DNA from: Takakia lepidozioides
Taxonomy: Eukaryota; Plantae; Bryophyta
NCBI GenBank assembly: GCA_030704615.1
Contig: CM060734.1
Location: 3,100,001-3,164,000, forward strand
DNA length: 64,000 nucleotides
Reading direction: 5' to 3'
Of the stretch, positions 13,391 to 26,869 are shown piece by piece. The notes under the pieces are model-generated. The model was not told where the DNA came from, did not search any database, and worked only from the letters and a program-made list of their open reading frames with translations. Each line of letters begins with the position of its first letter. The first letter of the stretch is position 1. The translations under genes were made by a program, and so were the position numbers.

Positions 13391-14768
13391 CGTGGGCAGG
13401 GACAGCAAGTTATCTCCATATCAGCAATCATTCTTGTTCCTGTCACCATCTTCATCTTCAGCCCGAATTCAATGATAAATTCTTCTTGTCTGTGTCGACA
13501 GACCCTCGATATTCTTCAAAGAATTGGGAGTTCTCTTCCAGCTGCACATCATTTGGATGATCACATCAGCATTTGGATGCTGATGACAATCAAGTAATCA
13601 AATCAAAATAAGTATGCAAAGTTCAAGAGAAGGCAGCAGAGCATGCCACTTCAGAACTCACTTTTCCGTGCATACTTCTAATCTGCATACATTGAAGTCA
13701 CTCCCATTACCTCCCTTACCCAGGGCGTCCCTCTGGGGCCCTTTGTCTCCCTTCCTTTGGGAACCCCCAATTTTAGTAATCTCTGCATGACTGACTACTG
13801 GATAAAAGAGTGTGAATTGGAGAATGTGAAGGAGGGGAGGGAAAGATGGGTTGGAGGAGGTGAGAGAACCCAAACATTTGATGAGTTGTAGTAAGGTTGG
13901 TAGCTGGTAGCAAGTGCAAGAGCTTATACCCAGACTTCCACAATCCTTTCAACCAGCCATAATGGGTAAATGCCAGTAAGTTGCCATAAATGGGCGTAGA
14001 TGGAGACCATTCTAATAAGGTCACCAACAACTCTTCAAGAACTGGGCCGGTCCATTTAGCAAAACATTCAGGTTGTGGGCCCCAGTTTAATTCCATAAGC
14101 TCAACCAGACCTTGACCATCTCTTCAAAGACCCCAACATCCTTTCTCACATAGACAAGCCACTTCTACGGTATTCTTCCTTCCAGGTGGAATGGTTGTCT
14201 CCGATTTGTCCAGTTACTCCTGACTTCACAAACAAACACCCATGTGGGAACCACCCATAGCAGCCCTTTGTCCCAAAACATCTCCAACTGGGGAGCTCTT
14301 TTTTCCTTGTACTTGGGTTCAGGCCCCCTCCAGAATAAGTTTGCCAAAGAGCACAGCCTATAGCAAATCTTAACTGGGATTCATGCAGAGCGAATGCCAA
14401 GTGGAGACCTGATTTTTCTGGAGTCTTGCTGTACAGTAGGCCTTCTTGTTCTTCCTTGAGCAGCCCCTCTTACTTCCTCTCTCATAGGCCTTTTGAGCTG
14501 TCTTTTCTGTGCTAGTCGCAAGCTCGTCCCCTCAGCTCTTCTAGCTTTACTAGCTTTGAAAAAATTCTCTTTCTTTATTTCTCACACGATGGGAAAAAGG
14601 TCACTCTTGTTTAAAATTTATGTTACTGTGGCTGGAAATCAGACTTCGTCAAATGTCAACCCTTCAGCTTGGAGATTGTACCCAACATATACATCAAATC
14701 TGCAAGAGAGAAGTAGCTGATAATGCTTGCTTCCTTACTCCTTTCAAAGGTTTGGCAGTCAATCCTCC

Positions 14769-17700
14769 TCATCGGAGCCCAGTTTTTTGCTTTTTCCACT
14801 TATAAGCAGCTTCCAGTATCTTAAGGTTGGGGGCCATTCCCGTCTGCTCTGGGAAGATGTAGTCTGTGTATTCCTCATACCTGCCACCATCAGCCAATTG
14901 TAATCAATTTAAGACATGAACAGGGCATCTATGTCCCTTTCACTCTTCACACTTCCCCCTTGTCTCAAGCTCTAAGAATTAACAAAACATCAAAAGGAAG
15001 ATGATACCAGAGAGAAGCCCATGTCTTCATAACAGGGAGGATAGAAGGGAGCTTGATTACTTTGAAGATGGATAAGTATTGCATACCCAGACGGTGTCCC
15101 ATCCTCGGCTGTGATGGGTCGCTTTCGCTTTACCCTTCGCAGCATCTTCTTCTGCACATCGGCAACATTTCCAAGCTCTGCAAAACTGCGTTCCGCATCC
15201 CGCCATTCCTCCAGCAGCATTGCCCTTTCCTCTTTTTGATCAGGTGCTGATGTTCGCAAGCTTTCAAAAGCCCTTTCAAACACAGCTGCCATTGCGCAAG
15301 AGGTTTGATGCATAATTCAGTCAATTGAAATTTCCGTTATCAACCCACCCTCTTTTCCTTGGTAACTTCCTGTGTTTTACTTGCAAGCAACAAAAGATGC
15401 TATGCCATGAGGTTTCTGGAGCCACCCTGGAGGGAACGAACCAACTTTATCTACAGATGCAAATCGCCATATTGAGGCCAAATGAGGACAATCCTGCAAT
15501 AGCGTACCCACCTCTGGAGTGAAGCACTCGCTCCTTTGTTTCCATGAGCATAGTGTCAGGATCACGGTCCCTGCCTTCTTCTTGTGCCCTGCACTCTTCT
15601 GCCAAGGGCACAGTTGCCTCAAATTTGGCAAAGCTGACCCACACTTTTAAATGCTTTGTGCGGTCCAGCAATCTCTCATACAGTTGCCGCGTTCGCTCAT
15701 GCTCCCCTTCAGATATCTCAAACTCAATATATGCCTATCACAAACACAAAAAAACATTAAACTAAATTGAACCTCTGAATTGAACCTGAATGAAATTGAG
15801 CAGAATATAACAGATTGATTGCAGAATACTACAACGCAAAAAGGACCCAATGTGCAGACAAGATATCCACCTTCCAAAGCAACTCAGGCATATCAAGAAC
15901 AGGTTGTGCAATGGCAAGTTCAAAAATTGAACGCCCCCTCTCTGTCTCTCCTAGAGACCTCTCTAGCTCGGCAAACTTGCTCCATGCATAACAATTTGCA
16001 GGTGCCCATTCCAGGTACTTTTCATACAAGGTTCGACATCGGTCAATATTTCCAAGCTGCAGTTCTATCTCAATGTATGTCTTGAAGATCTGCAGTCCCA
16101 AACCCCAAGAAGATTTCTTAGTCGAAAGTCCTTCAACAATTCACAAGGCGTAACTAATGAAGTCCACTAAGGGAAGTGCTGTGAGTTCTCCACCTTTCAT
16201 TTCAACAGCTAAAGTTTTCCTCATGATATATCTTACATGGTACACCAAGACACAACACAGCACTGCACTGGACTAGCACCATTCTCTAAAGACCTTTCAA
16301 ACCATCTGAGTGACCATAAATATGGTGGCACAATATCAAGAAAACTTGTCATTACTTTGTCCTTAGGGGCCATGCCAATGGCAGAGCCCAAGATTTTCCG
16401 AGCAGCCTTGAGGTCTTTCTGTCGGATCTCAAACTGCGCTGCCATTAGCCACATCTTTGCAAATGAAAACTTCTTATGCGGAATCAACTTCAAACACTCC
16501 CTGCAACACCACCATCCAGCTCTTGTCAACAAAGAATTGCATGAAAACTAGCCTTACACACTACATATTGGACATTCTACTTGCAATTCCCATAACAAAA
16601 AATGATCAGGCTGTGTCCCTCTATTTGTCCACCTAAAATAGCCTTCTCCTTTTCAGCAATAGGCTGAATTTCAAACTAAAAATAGGTTGCCCACGTCAGT
16701 CGTGTTGGTTAAACTCGGCCAAAAAAAATCCAAATGATGTCTGGATAACAGAGTCTCTAGTGATGGCTACTATGCCAAACAATCCCTCTTTGAAAGCATA
16801 AAAAAGATGATCAATGCACCCTCTTTGCTCAAGTTGAGAATTCAGAGCGGATATTGGCATCACATTGATGCTAAATTAAAGATAGTTCTAGAGAGATTGG
16901 CCAATCCAGCTTTGCATAATCTGGTAAGTCCCACTAAAAAGATTCTGCTCTACTCCCATCCCCAGGGCTCTCTACACCCTTTCCATTTGAGTCTAACCTG
17001 GCAATGAGGTCTACTGCTGTAAGGCTACAGCAAGGGAAGTCAAGATTGTACTCATACTCTTTCCCTCCCTCCCTCCCTCTGATTTCTATCTGGGGACATT
17101 GCAACCGTTCTGAGCAATCAGTAGGCCCTCTACCTGTATACCTCCCTTGTCCGGTCCCAATCTTCTGCCTCCAGCTCCTCATATAATGCATAGTTGATCC
17201 TATCAGCACAGCCAGAGATTAGAAACAAACAATCAGGTCCGCGTATGGAACTGCCCAGCCCTAATCTGTCTTGGCTTTGGGCAAACAGTGAAGCTAATAG
17301 TTGGTGACTTGTGTCTCACCAGAGATAGATGTAGCGTTGCCAGTAACGCTTCTCCTCTGCAGGGGGCTCGTTGGCTATGGCTCTCTCATACACCTCCCTA
17401 ACCTTAGCTTTATCACCAACACTTTCCTCCAGCCGGGCATAATCAAACCACACCTCATAATTCAAAGGATTTTTTTTCACCTCCTCTTCATATTGAAACC
17501 GCCTTTTCCCCACAATAACGTCCTCAATTCCCTCCCTGTCTCCGTACTGCTTCTCAAATTGCACAAACTTCCGATAGAGGTCTTCAGCCTGTCCCTTGGG
17601 AATGTGGTCTAATGCATACTTGTATATGCAACGTGCTCTCTCTATCTCCTTAAATCTTTCCTCAAAATCAGCAAACGCTACAAATAATTCTTCTGTCTGC

Positions 17701-18473
17701 CCATCGTCTCCCAGCTGCTCAATCGCTCGCTCATAGAACTTACGTCCCTTGGCAGTTTCTCCACTCTTTACTTCAAATTTTGCATACCGCACCCATGCCT
17801 TCACCGTCGGATGACACTGCACATACCTGTCACAAATTCCTCTTGCTCTGTCTATTTCGTTATACCGAAGCTCGAATTTAATGTAGGCAGACCAGCCATG
17901 GTGGTCAGGCTCCCACGCCATCCATCTTTCAAAGATCTGCCGAGCACCTGCTACATTACCAAGCATTTCCTCCATGTGAATGTACTTATACCATAGCTGG
18001 TCGATCCGAGGGAGGAGGGACACAGCCCTGTCCAACACATTCCTTGCATGGTTTACAAACCGATGCTTCATCTCCATCTCTGCACACTTCAGCCAAAGAG
18101 TTGTGTTGCGATAATCCACCTCCAGTGCTCTCTCCCAAATTGATCGGGCCCGGGCAAAGTCTCTCTGACTTTCTTCCCATAGTGCATATTTCACCCACAC
18201 ACTGGTATTCCATCGCACTCGTCGAATCAAGTCTTCAAACTCCTTACGTCTCCGCAGCCGATACTCTGCAAGCTCTTCAGTATCAGTGATTTTCTGCTTG
18301 GGAGGTAGAATTTCAGCCTCCTGTCGTTCCCTCGCCTCTCTTAGAATCTGTTCAGCAGTGATTTGCACAGGAGCCGGGGTCTTGTTCTTCACACGCGTCG
18401 GGCGTGGCAACTTCACCTCCGTCTCCTTCCTAGTCAGAAACCCTAACGCAGGATCTGCCTCCTTCATCCCCAT
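14769..18473 (-). CDS. CRNKL1: Crooked-neck-like protein 1 (Clf1/Syf3, NTC HAT-repeat splicing factor), 7 exons, ~705 aa
   Basis: Exons 18473-17320, 17199-17134, 16500-16356, 16089-15871, 15734-15512, 15285-15087, 14880-14769 join in frame. Motifs: [23 protein letters not shown] repeats ([19 protein letters not shown]), C-terminal [11 protein letters not shown]...[15 protein letters not shown]. Confidence 0.96.
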
Positions 18474-18708
18474 CTTGGCTATCTATCTGCGCCTTCTTCT
18501 ACCACTCAAGAATCACACTCCAAGAAAAGAACTACCCCGCCACAACCAAAAACACAACCCGCACACACCATCTCCTCCCCACTCCCACCCCCGCTCCAAA
18601 CCACGCCCCCACATACACTCTTGTTTCTCACATTCACTGCATCTTCCTAATCGTAACTAACCAATCTTCCTTCCTCCAACATCATACTTGTCTCTCGCAC
18701 AGATCGCA

Positions 18709-18757
18709 GAACCCTAAATCGTAAAACCCTCCCTCGCTGCCTTCGAAGCCCGGCCCA
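18709..18757. promoter_or_regulatory. Telo-box-like (AACCCTAA) plus site-II (GGCCCA) motifs upstream of CRNKL1
   Basis: gaaccctaaa at ~18709 and ggccca at ~18752. This pair is typical of plant housekeeping and RNA-processing gene promoters; motif evidence only. Confidence 0.4.
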
Positions 18758-19583
18758 ACAAAGGGATCACCAAAATGGAAACTTTTGACGTATAATTATA
18801 TATTTTAGCTTTGTAGCGAATCACGAAAGAGAGCAGTCGGAATGATACTCTCCACTTGTTCTCGCTTTGTCAATTTTCAGAGGCCCTTCGATGGAGATGC
18901 TCTGTTGCTTTTTCAGACACTGGTGAGGCCCGCCATAGCTTTCGGATTTGAGCACCAAGCGAAGAAACTTCGTGGGACAAAGGAATCAGAAAAGAAGTCA
19001 GAAAAGTGGGATGACAGTCTTTAGTTGTTTCTTGTTCAGCACCATCTGATTGTATCCAGACAGGTCGTCCATGGCTCTCAAAAGTTTTCCAGTGAGGCAT
19101 CTCTGTCTGTGAGGCTTCTCTTCGTCTAGCATGTTACATTAAAGCACGACGGTTCTCTAACGCCCAATATGCCCGTAGAAGAAGCCATGGAGATATCCTG
19201 AGGCTCCGGAGCCTTCACAACATGAAACAGACATCACACTACTCATCTTGCCATAGACGTGCTCCGTTATCAGTGGCTAGAGATAACAGTGTCCATCCTT
19301 TCTACTAGACAGGATAGTTCGAGAGTGCTGATACTATCATGAACTGGCACGAATGTTTAATGACACAGGAAGCTTTAGCTTACACATCACTTTATTGCTT
19401 TGATCCTTGAGGATGTTGCTTCAGTTTGTATCAATCCGTGACTAACATCATGCAAGTATCATGCAATGGACTGCGCGAACTGTTATGTTCAACCATTGCA
19501 TGCGTGGTTACAACCAAGTGAGCGAGGTCATGGCTTTGCCTTCATCCAAACAACCATTACAATGATGCAGATTTAGAGACTAA

Positions 19584-22500
19584 TCAATAAAAGCAAATGG
19601 TATAAATAAGTCGTCTCCTGTGTTGTTTCTCAAATTTGCGAATGATGCCATCAATCTCATCCTCCCACGCCTCTGCCAGTTCAAGCTGCACCCCACCCAC
19701 TCCATTAGCTTCACAAAGTCACACATTTCTCATCTCATTGAGAACCATGATCTGCCATGACTTCCTGCACCTTCACATTGTTGCTCTCACAACACATGTG
19801 CTAACAAAAATGGCATGGCTAGCTAACTACGATGAGTAGAGCTCCCATGAATTCATCATGCTGATTATAGGCTACTATCATGAATGGTCTTAGGCAATCA
19901 CGCCATGGCAGATGGTCATTGCAGAAAGAACTGATCAACCGTAGCTTATACCACTTCCAGAAATAAGACACGCTTGCTGTGTATGTTAGTTTCTGGAAAT
20001 GAGAAAGTAGATCCCCTTCGAAGCGTACACGGGCCATTTCAAGAAACAACCCATTAGAATCAGATAGGAGATATGATCCACAGCTGCTTAAGCCCACTGA
20101 AAATTTTGGGAAACCCCCACTCTTTTGGCGAGAATGCAATCTTGGTTGATGATATTGCTTTCTGTCTGCTGCCTAGTGTGAAAGCCTGAAATACACGTGA
20201 TATTACACTAGGAAAGAACCGAGAGGGAGATGGACATGCAAACTACCAGATCTTTGGTTCCATAGGCTACTTCCAAGACTCTGCATATTAAGTACTAATT
20301 AGAAAATGTAGACAATTATATCAATGTTACTAGATGTTGGTGCAAGTAGAATAAAATAAACTGTTAGATGTACAGTAGAAGAAGACCAACAAAGATGACT
20401 CACCCTTTGACAAAGATCAAGAACAAGTTTGGCGCCTACTGCAGCCTCCTCATGGTTGTCTTTTACATCCATGTTAATCACCAATACAGTCTTCAGTAAC
20501 CTTGTCTCGCGGTTCTCAAGATCTGCATTTGTGTACCAAAAGAGGATGGCCATGAATAACTAGGTCAACCCATAAACTGGAGACTTGTGAGCAGCATTTG
20601 GTTCAATATTCCAGGATGAACACAACAACATTCACACTCATGACTCATATCGGCTAGCCTTAGAGCAGTATAATGTTATGTTGTGTTGTGACAGCACTTT
20701 CACAAATTGTTCAATAAGAAATTCTCCTAAACAAGAAGGACTGACACAACCCTCGAAACTATGTCTCATATTCTCATTGAATTGACTGAAATGACAACAG
20801 ACTTACAAAACCTCAGCCTGTGGCACAGAAGGTCACTCAGTTCAGGTATATGTCCTGATCAATGATTGCTAACAGGAAAAGGGTTCACATTGATTGCTGT
20901 CCTGCTGTTGTAGGATGTCCAGCAACAATCTAGCAGAGAGATAGTTGAAGCCATATCACCAGATAGACCCGTTGTGAACTTCTACGTCACCACTATTCAA
21001 CCCTTCTTTTTCCACCCCAATAGCGGAGAGCAGATCGGCAGACAGAACAGACCTTCGGTGACCATGTCAAAAACTCTCTCTTCAAATGTGAAAACCACAT
21101 CAAAAGCGCCATCGGCAGCATTATTTTGCCAACGCTGTGGGGCCTCCTTTACAGTCAAATTACGCTTCAGCATTTGTAATAGCCCATTCCGCTTGTATCT
21201 GCCCCTCTCTTGTTAAATAAACCAGGTAACATTTGACCAGAACTCAACGGCACAACTGATCTGCACACTAGAATGAAAAACTAAACGGTCTTTCATTCTG
21301 GAAATGGGCTAACGGTGCTTACATCTGACAAACCAAATTACCACAGACCTTTGAATCTGGGACTCATAGCACATTAACCCAATAAAACACATTGCTGATA
21401 TACTAGAGAACTACCAAAACAACAAAAATCAGCCCCCTTCCAACATAGAAGTTACTAGTACCTATCAGGTGATGGCTAGCACCAAGTGCTGCTGTGTGGA
21501 CTTCCAACTGCATGTGTCCTTAAGTTACATAGAAATGCACCAATTGGAAGAATTTGACGTTGTATAATCAATGAATTCCTTTTCCCCTCTCCATCCCCCA
21601 CCCCCCCCTCTTACAACACACCAGGTGAATAGTGCTAATATGCGACCCTCATTAAGCCCCTTTGGTCGGATTCACAACTCATGTCCCATACTCATAGGAA
21701 GGTAAAGGCATCTCCAGAGAACCACCTGAGGCTAAGAGAAGAACTTCAAACTCCTCCTTAAATAACTATTTCCACTGATCCCCTAATTGATTTTTCAAGC
21801 CCTAATACCTGCTTGACCTGTGGGACTAGCAGCTGCTGCAACAGTTCCACAATTGGACCTATTAATCTCGACTCAAGGTGGTCTGTCAATCCTGCTGACC
21901 CTGCAAGAAGGCAGGAAAAGGTAAGACACCTAATCATGTAGTCCTTGACTTGGCATTGTACATTAATGGATTTGATCCATTTCCAACACAAATGAGCTGA
22001 TTTTGTCCAAAAACTGACCAAATAGAGCGTCTAATTCCTAGGTTCACATGAATGTTTATGGTCCGTTCCAGAGAAGGATTGCACCGGTGACAAGTACAAA
22101 GCTCATGTAGTCATCTCCAATCGGACTCCACTCGGGGAGAAAAAAGAATTGAAGAGTTCTAAAATCCAAGGAACAGCTTATAACTGGCTTCCTATACCGA
22201 GATCCTGTGATATCACATCTGGATAAGCCAATTCTCGTTCAGGTGCTAATAGAATGATCTCGGTAAAAAAAAAGCTCAATTCACAGCGAACATGCTTGGA
22301 ATAAACTGCAGTTTGCAAAGTTCATCCTCTTTATTAAAAATATGACAGCAAGAGATCAATAAACCCTTGCAAAACTATGAGCAGAATACAACCACCAAAG
22401 ATTACTAAACCTCAGAGCGCACTTGCCTCGGTCCCTCGGTCCCTTCCCCTCTTTTCAACGGAGACTTAAGAAAGGATACAGATCGGGGTCTTTCCGTTTC

Positions 22501-22694
22501 AGATCGTCAAACATGAATTGGTAGGGAGTGCCGAAAGCATAGACATTGGGCTCTCGGATCGAAGGACCTGGGAGTTTCACATGTGCGCCAGTACCATACG
22601 AGCTCACATCCAGTCCCTGCTTCTGCAGCAGCGCGTGCGCCTCCATGCTGCGATTCTGATTGCTTGCACACACCATGGCATGGCGCAGCCTCAT
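19584..22694 (-). CDS. SSU72: SSU72 RNA polymerase II CTD phosphatase, 4 coding exons, 193 aa
   Basis: Exons 22694-22480, 21198-21053, 20522-20404, 19685-19584 join in frame. Catalytic CX5R motif in VCASNQNRSMEAH; also VKLPGPSIREPNVY, NMDVKDNHEEAAVG, and terminal YTICFY*. Confidence 0.97.
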
Positions 22695-23185
22695 TCACCT
22701 GCTTGCCGCCCCCCTTCGTAACCTGGCAGCCCCACCCTTCTTCCACCGTCCCCGCTACCTTCTACTGCCCCCACGTCCGTTTCCCCCTAACTCGCTCGAT
22801 TTTCATACGCACATTGCTCTCCACCACCTCTCCCCGGCTCTCTTTCTCTCTCTCTTCTCTCTGCTATCACGCTCCGATAAAATCTGCTTCTATCCCCAAG
22901 TGCTGCTCTCTAAATCTTTCTGCTGCTCTCCTTCAAACATCCTGCAGATGATCAAACTGACTGATGCACACGCCTCTTTCCACTTGCATTTCAAGCTCTA
23001 TCTCAAAAACCCAACACTGTTTTCCTGCTCAATCCTCCTCACAGGATCTGTAGATTCTACGTTCCCGAGACAGAAAGCTAGGGATTCCACCTCTGACGCC
23101 GGTCTTCTCATCATCAATCCCTTTACTAAAGACCACCAAAAAAATCCCACACTCACACTTTATAGGAAAAGATCTGCCCACTGTC

Positions 23186-23310
23186 TTTTTCTTTTCTGTT
23201 TTTTTTTTTTTTTTTTTTTTTTTGGAGAACAGGGAACATGCCCTGGTTTAATTTATTAAAATTATTGAAGGTTTTCTGTTTTACTTTTTTACTTTTTTCT
23301 CCTGATAGAC
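23186..23310 (-). mobile_element. Poly(A)-tailed 3' end of a truncated LINE/SINE-type retroposon
   Basis: Minus strand has AATAAA (23257-23252) followed by ...CCCTGTTCTCC and a ~25-nt A tract (23223-23199). It abuts the Gypsy LTR. Confidence 0.5.
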
Positions 23311-23848
23311 TGTGGAGCTGGGATTCCTTCTCACCTGCTTTTTCGACTTGGATGAACGGAGGAGGGATGTGCTCCAGATGATTTAGGGATGGACAGAACC
23401 GGGATGAAGTCTGGATGAACTTACACCTTACGCATGAGGATGAGCTGGCAACAGCTTATGACTTTATTAGGTGCTGTCTTATTCTAACAGCGAGTGTAGG
23501 AGTAGATTAGGATGGATTTGGGTGATCTGGCTTCTTTCTATGGCTATATTGGAAGGGCATCTGGCTGACCTATATGTAAGTGTCACGCGGCACTAGGATT
23601 ATATTACGACCTAATACTATTTCAGCTCCACTGTGGCAGTGGAGGGTGGCTTTTGGATCTTACGCGAGTGTACGTTTGGTGTAAAGGTGTGCTTGAGTGT
23701 GTTGATGAATGTGTTTTGGATGTTCGACTCTGTTGCGTCATCTTCGTGAGATTCCGACTTCTCTGCCAGGCCCATCCATCGACTACATCCCCCTTGATAG
23801 GATTAAGTCCGGTAGAGGAAGGGGAACAAACCCATAGCGCCGGAATCA
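23311..23848 (+). repeat. 5' LTR of Gypsy element 1
   Basis: Starts tgtggagct, ends ggaatca, and matches 29705-30226 along its length with scattered substitutions and small indels. Confidence 0.85.
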
Positions 23849-23866
23849 TGGTGGAGATGCGGGGTA
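23849..23866 (+). promoter_or_regulatory. Primer-binding site complementary to the 3' 18 nt of tRNA-Ala
   Basis: TGGTGGAGATGCGGGGTA is the reverse complement of TACCCCGCATCTCCACCA, the 3' end plus CCA of plant cytosolic tRNA-Ala. It directly follows the LTR-terminal CA. Confidence 0.85.
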
Positions 23867-24058
23867 GAAGAAATCGTTAACAGAGATTTTGGCTCGTACG
23901 AAACACCTGAGAACAGTATATTGCATATGGGGGATCCTGCATGATTGAGGAGAGAGGTAGTGGCAAAATGGTGGCTTGTATGTCATGCATAGTGAGAGAG
24001 AGAGAGAGTTTGTCTGCTCAAGCTTTTCTGTGTTTTGAGAGTTTCGCAAGTGAGCACT

Positions 24059-24982
24059 ATGGCCTCCAGTTCTGAACGTGGTTGGTTTGAGCTTGATCAA
24101 TTTGAGGTCCCGCACTTGAGACAGACCCAGGCGTTAGAATCTTGTTACATTTGTGAACTTGCACGTCGTAACCTGTTACCTGAGCAGCTTGTGTTTGTCA
24201 ATTATCCGGAGGGAGAACCGATTCCACGACCTGAGCTCCCGCTGGACACGCCCTCAGAGTTCTGGGCCAAAACTTTTGAGAAGACTGCACGCAAAGAAGC
24301 TTCCAAGCCCATACACACTAAAGCGGAGCAGAAGGAACAGAGCCGGCGCATTCGCGAGTCTCTTTAGGGAGCCTACGCCGCACGCCTTCTCCTCAAGCTC
24401 CATTCCAGAGAAGTCACTCTGCAGATTCCCCTTGCTAGTGCCAAGGAGCAGTTGGAGAGTGGTGAGAAACTTAGTTGGGCTATATTGGGCATTCCACAAT
24501 TGTCAGTGAGTCGAGAATTGGGTGTAGAGCTTGAGAGCTTCCTGCCTCCTGACAAGCCGAGCCCTCTACGATTGTGGGAGTTGGTTAAAGGGGGTACATC
24601 GATTCTGCTTGCTAATTTGAGGCCTAGAATTCCACCAGCCCCTACCCGGGATCCCACTTGGGAAGAGCTCATCACTGGTATTCCCGACTCTGATTTTCCT
24701 TTTTGTCCCAGTGATGTGTTGATCTTTCCGGGGGTGTGTTTTCGGCGTGAAACAGTAGGTCTCTACAAGTCCGAAGCAGCCAAGGGATATCTTGCCCATA
24801 CGCTGTCGGTGAAGGAAAAGGTGGTCCGCAGCATCGTGCGTGTAACTTTTTGGCTCAAGGGTGAAGAGGAGCTGTGGGCTTTCTTGGGGGAAGGAGTGTA
24901 CCTGCTGCACAAGCATCGCTTCATCACCTCTCATTGTATGCCTGGGTGGGATTCGAAGCTCAGTGCCCCTTCGGACAGGTAG
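24059..24982 (+). pseudogene. Extra ORF upstream of gag in Gypsy element 1 (~300 aa, one frameshift near 24360-24450), unknown function
   Basis: MASSSERGWFELDQFEVPH...IRESL continues in another frame as ...ESGEKLSWAILGIP...LSAPSDR*. It lies between the PBS and the gag ATG at 25051. Confidence 0.5.
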
Positions 24983-26869
24983 CCGTGTACTCCTCTTCTC
25001 ATGCCTGTGTTTACAAGATCTATGCTAGAGAGAGAAGCAGAAGAGACGACATGGGACTAAGTGAGTTGGAAAAACGTGCAGCGGAAGAGAGGGAAGAGAC
25101 AGCAACTAATGAAAGAAATAATACGGAAATGGGAGAGTCGTCCGGAGATCACAAGGATCCGGCGACTGTGCCTCAACCCACATTTGATTTGGACGAGCTA
25201 TGTGAAGCCATGGGGGTGATTTCAAATTGTCCTCCGCTTATGAAGATGTTGCTGAAACAGACTGAAGCTCCGGATTCTACATCACGGAAAACTGATCATG
25301 GGGAGCGAATGCATAAGCAACAATACCCTGAGTACAACTTAGAAGAGGATTTTGAGTCCTTCTTGGAATTTTTTGAAATCAGCACAGAAATGAATGGTGT
25401 TCCCCCACGGTTCCAAGTAAAGTCTTTTCGGATCTGTCTCAAGGGAGAGGCCAGGCAACTGTTTGAGTCCAATATCAAGGACAAAAATGATCTTACTTGG
25501 GTAGAAGCCAGAGAATTGGCTCGCAAGCTCTTTCGTGAGGAAAACCCATAGCTTACACCACACTAGACTTAAAATTTCATTTTGGCGACAGTGTGTGGAA
25601 ATACTACACTGACTTGCGAACTGCAATCTGTAAGTCAGTTCTAATTGCCTCAGAGAGACCCACTATTTTGAAACATTGTTTTGTAAAGGGCTTGCCCCCT
25701 GCTGAGGAAGTGTTTCTACAAAAACAGACTTACACTACTGAGGATGAAATGGTTGAATTAATAGAAGAACGCCTTCGTCTAAAAGCTGCCAAGGCTGGAT
25801 TTGCAAAACCAGCCACTATCAAACACACACACCTGGCCAATGAAAAAACTGATGTTGTGATTACTGATGGGCACTTTGGGGTGAAAGGCCTTGCAGAAGA
25901 TTTGGTACCTTCCCTTGTGCATAAACTGTCCTCATTCCGTGATGAAATCCAGGGTTAACTACAGGCCTTCAAGGCAGAGGTTAACTGGAAACCAGCTGGC
26001 TCCCAAAACACTGGTCACAAGGGTAAAACTAACACCGGCCCTAGGTATAAAGCCAGACTATCCGTGGTGGCATGCATGGTTTGCAAATCCAAAGAGCACT
26101 ACACCAGGTTCTGCCCTTACCTCTCTCAACTCCCTGCTCTCATTGATCGTTATGAGAAAGAGAAAACCTCGAAAGGCCATTTAAATGACCAAGATCGTCC
26201 GTAAGAGTGCTGGCCGATCTCTCTACAAACCCACAACCTGTTGCTAGTACTGTTTTGTCCAATGATTTCAAACTCATGCATTGTGAAGCCTCTAGGGTGC
26301 TTAGAAGAGAACGCATACATCCCTTGATGACTCAGTGTCACATTGGCCACCTTTCTTTTTCATGTATGATTGACACAGGCTGCACCATGTCTGCCATTCC
26401 ACTCTCCATTGTACGCATATTAGGCCTCAAGTTACGGCCTGCAAAAGGGCTGGAAGTAACCATAGCCGATGGTACACTATGAACCCATGGGTTTGGTTAC
26501 TGTGCCTATCCATGTCAGTGGCAAGACAGTGGTGCTAACCTGTATTGTCACTTTGGGGGAGCAGCTTTTGCTGGGCCTTGACTGGATGAAGGGGGCAGAG
26601 GCTAGGCTGGACATCATGGGCAATGTGATATGGTTACACAATGGTGAGGGCCAGCCTTATAAGGTAAACCTCAACGTTGTCACCTTAGCTGCTGGTACCT
26701 CTTTAGCCAATTACTCTCGATTGAAATTGCAGGCTGAGCACATGAAGGAAACTGTAGGCCAGCACTACAATTGGGCCAGATTCAGTCAATTTCAAGCCCC
26801 CGAGGGCTGCCTTTATCAATGGCAGTTCCCTTTGCCAGGTAAGAAATTTGGTCATCCTCTGCCAGTGGC

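Noticed and set aside
13900-14600. Possible degenerate Gypsy integrase C-terminal remnant (LVKLEELRGRA, KWTGP)
   Set aside because: Only two short motifs in broken frames; not enough without a search.
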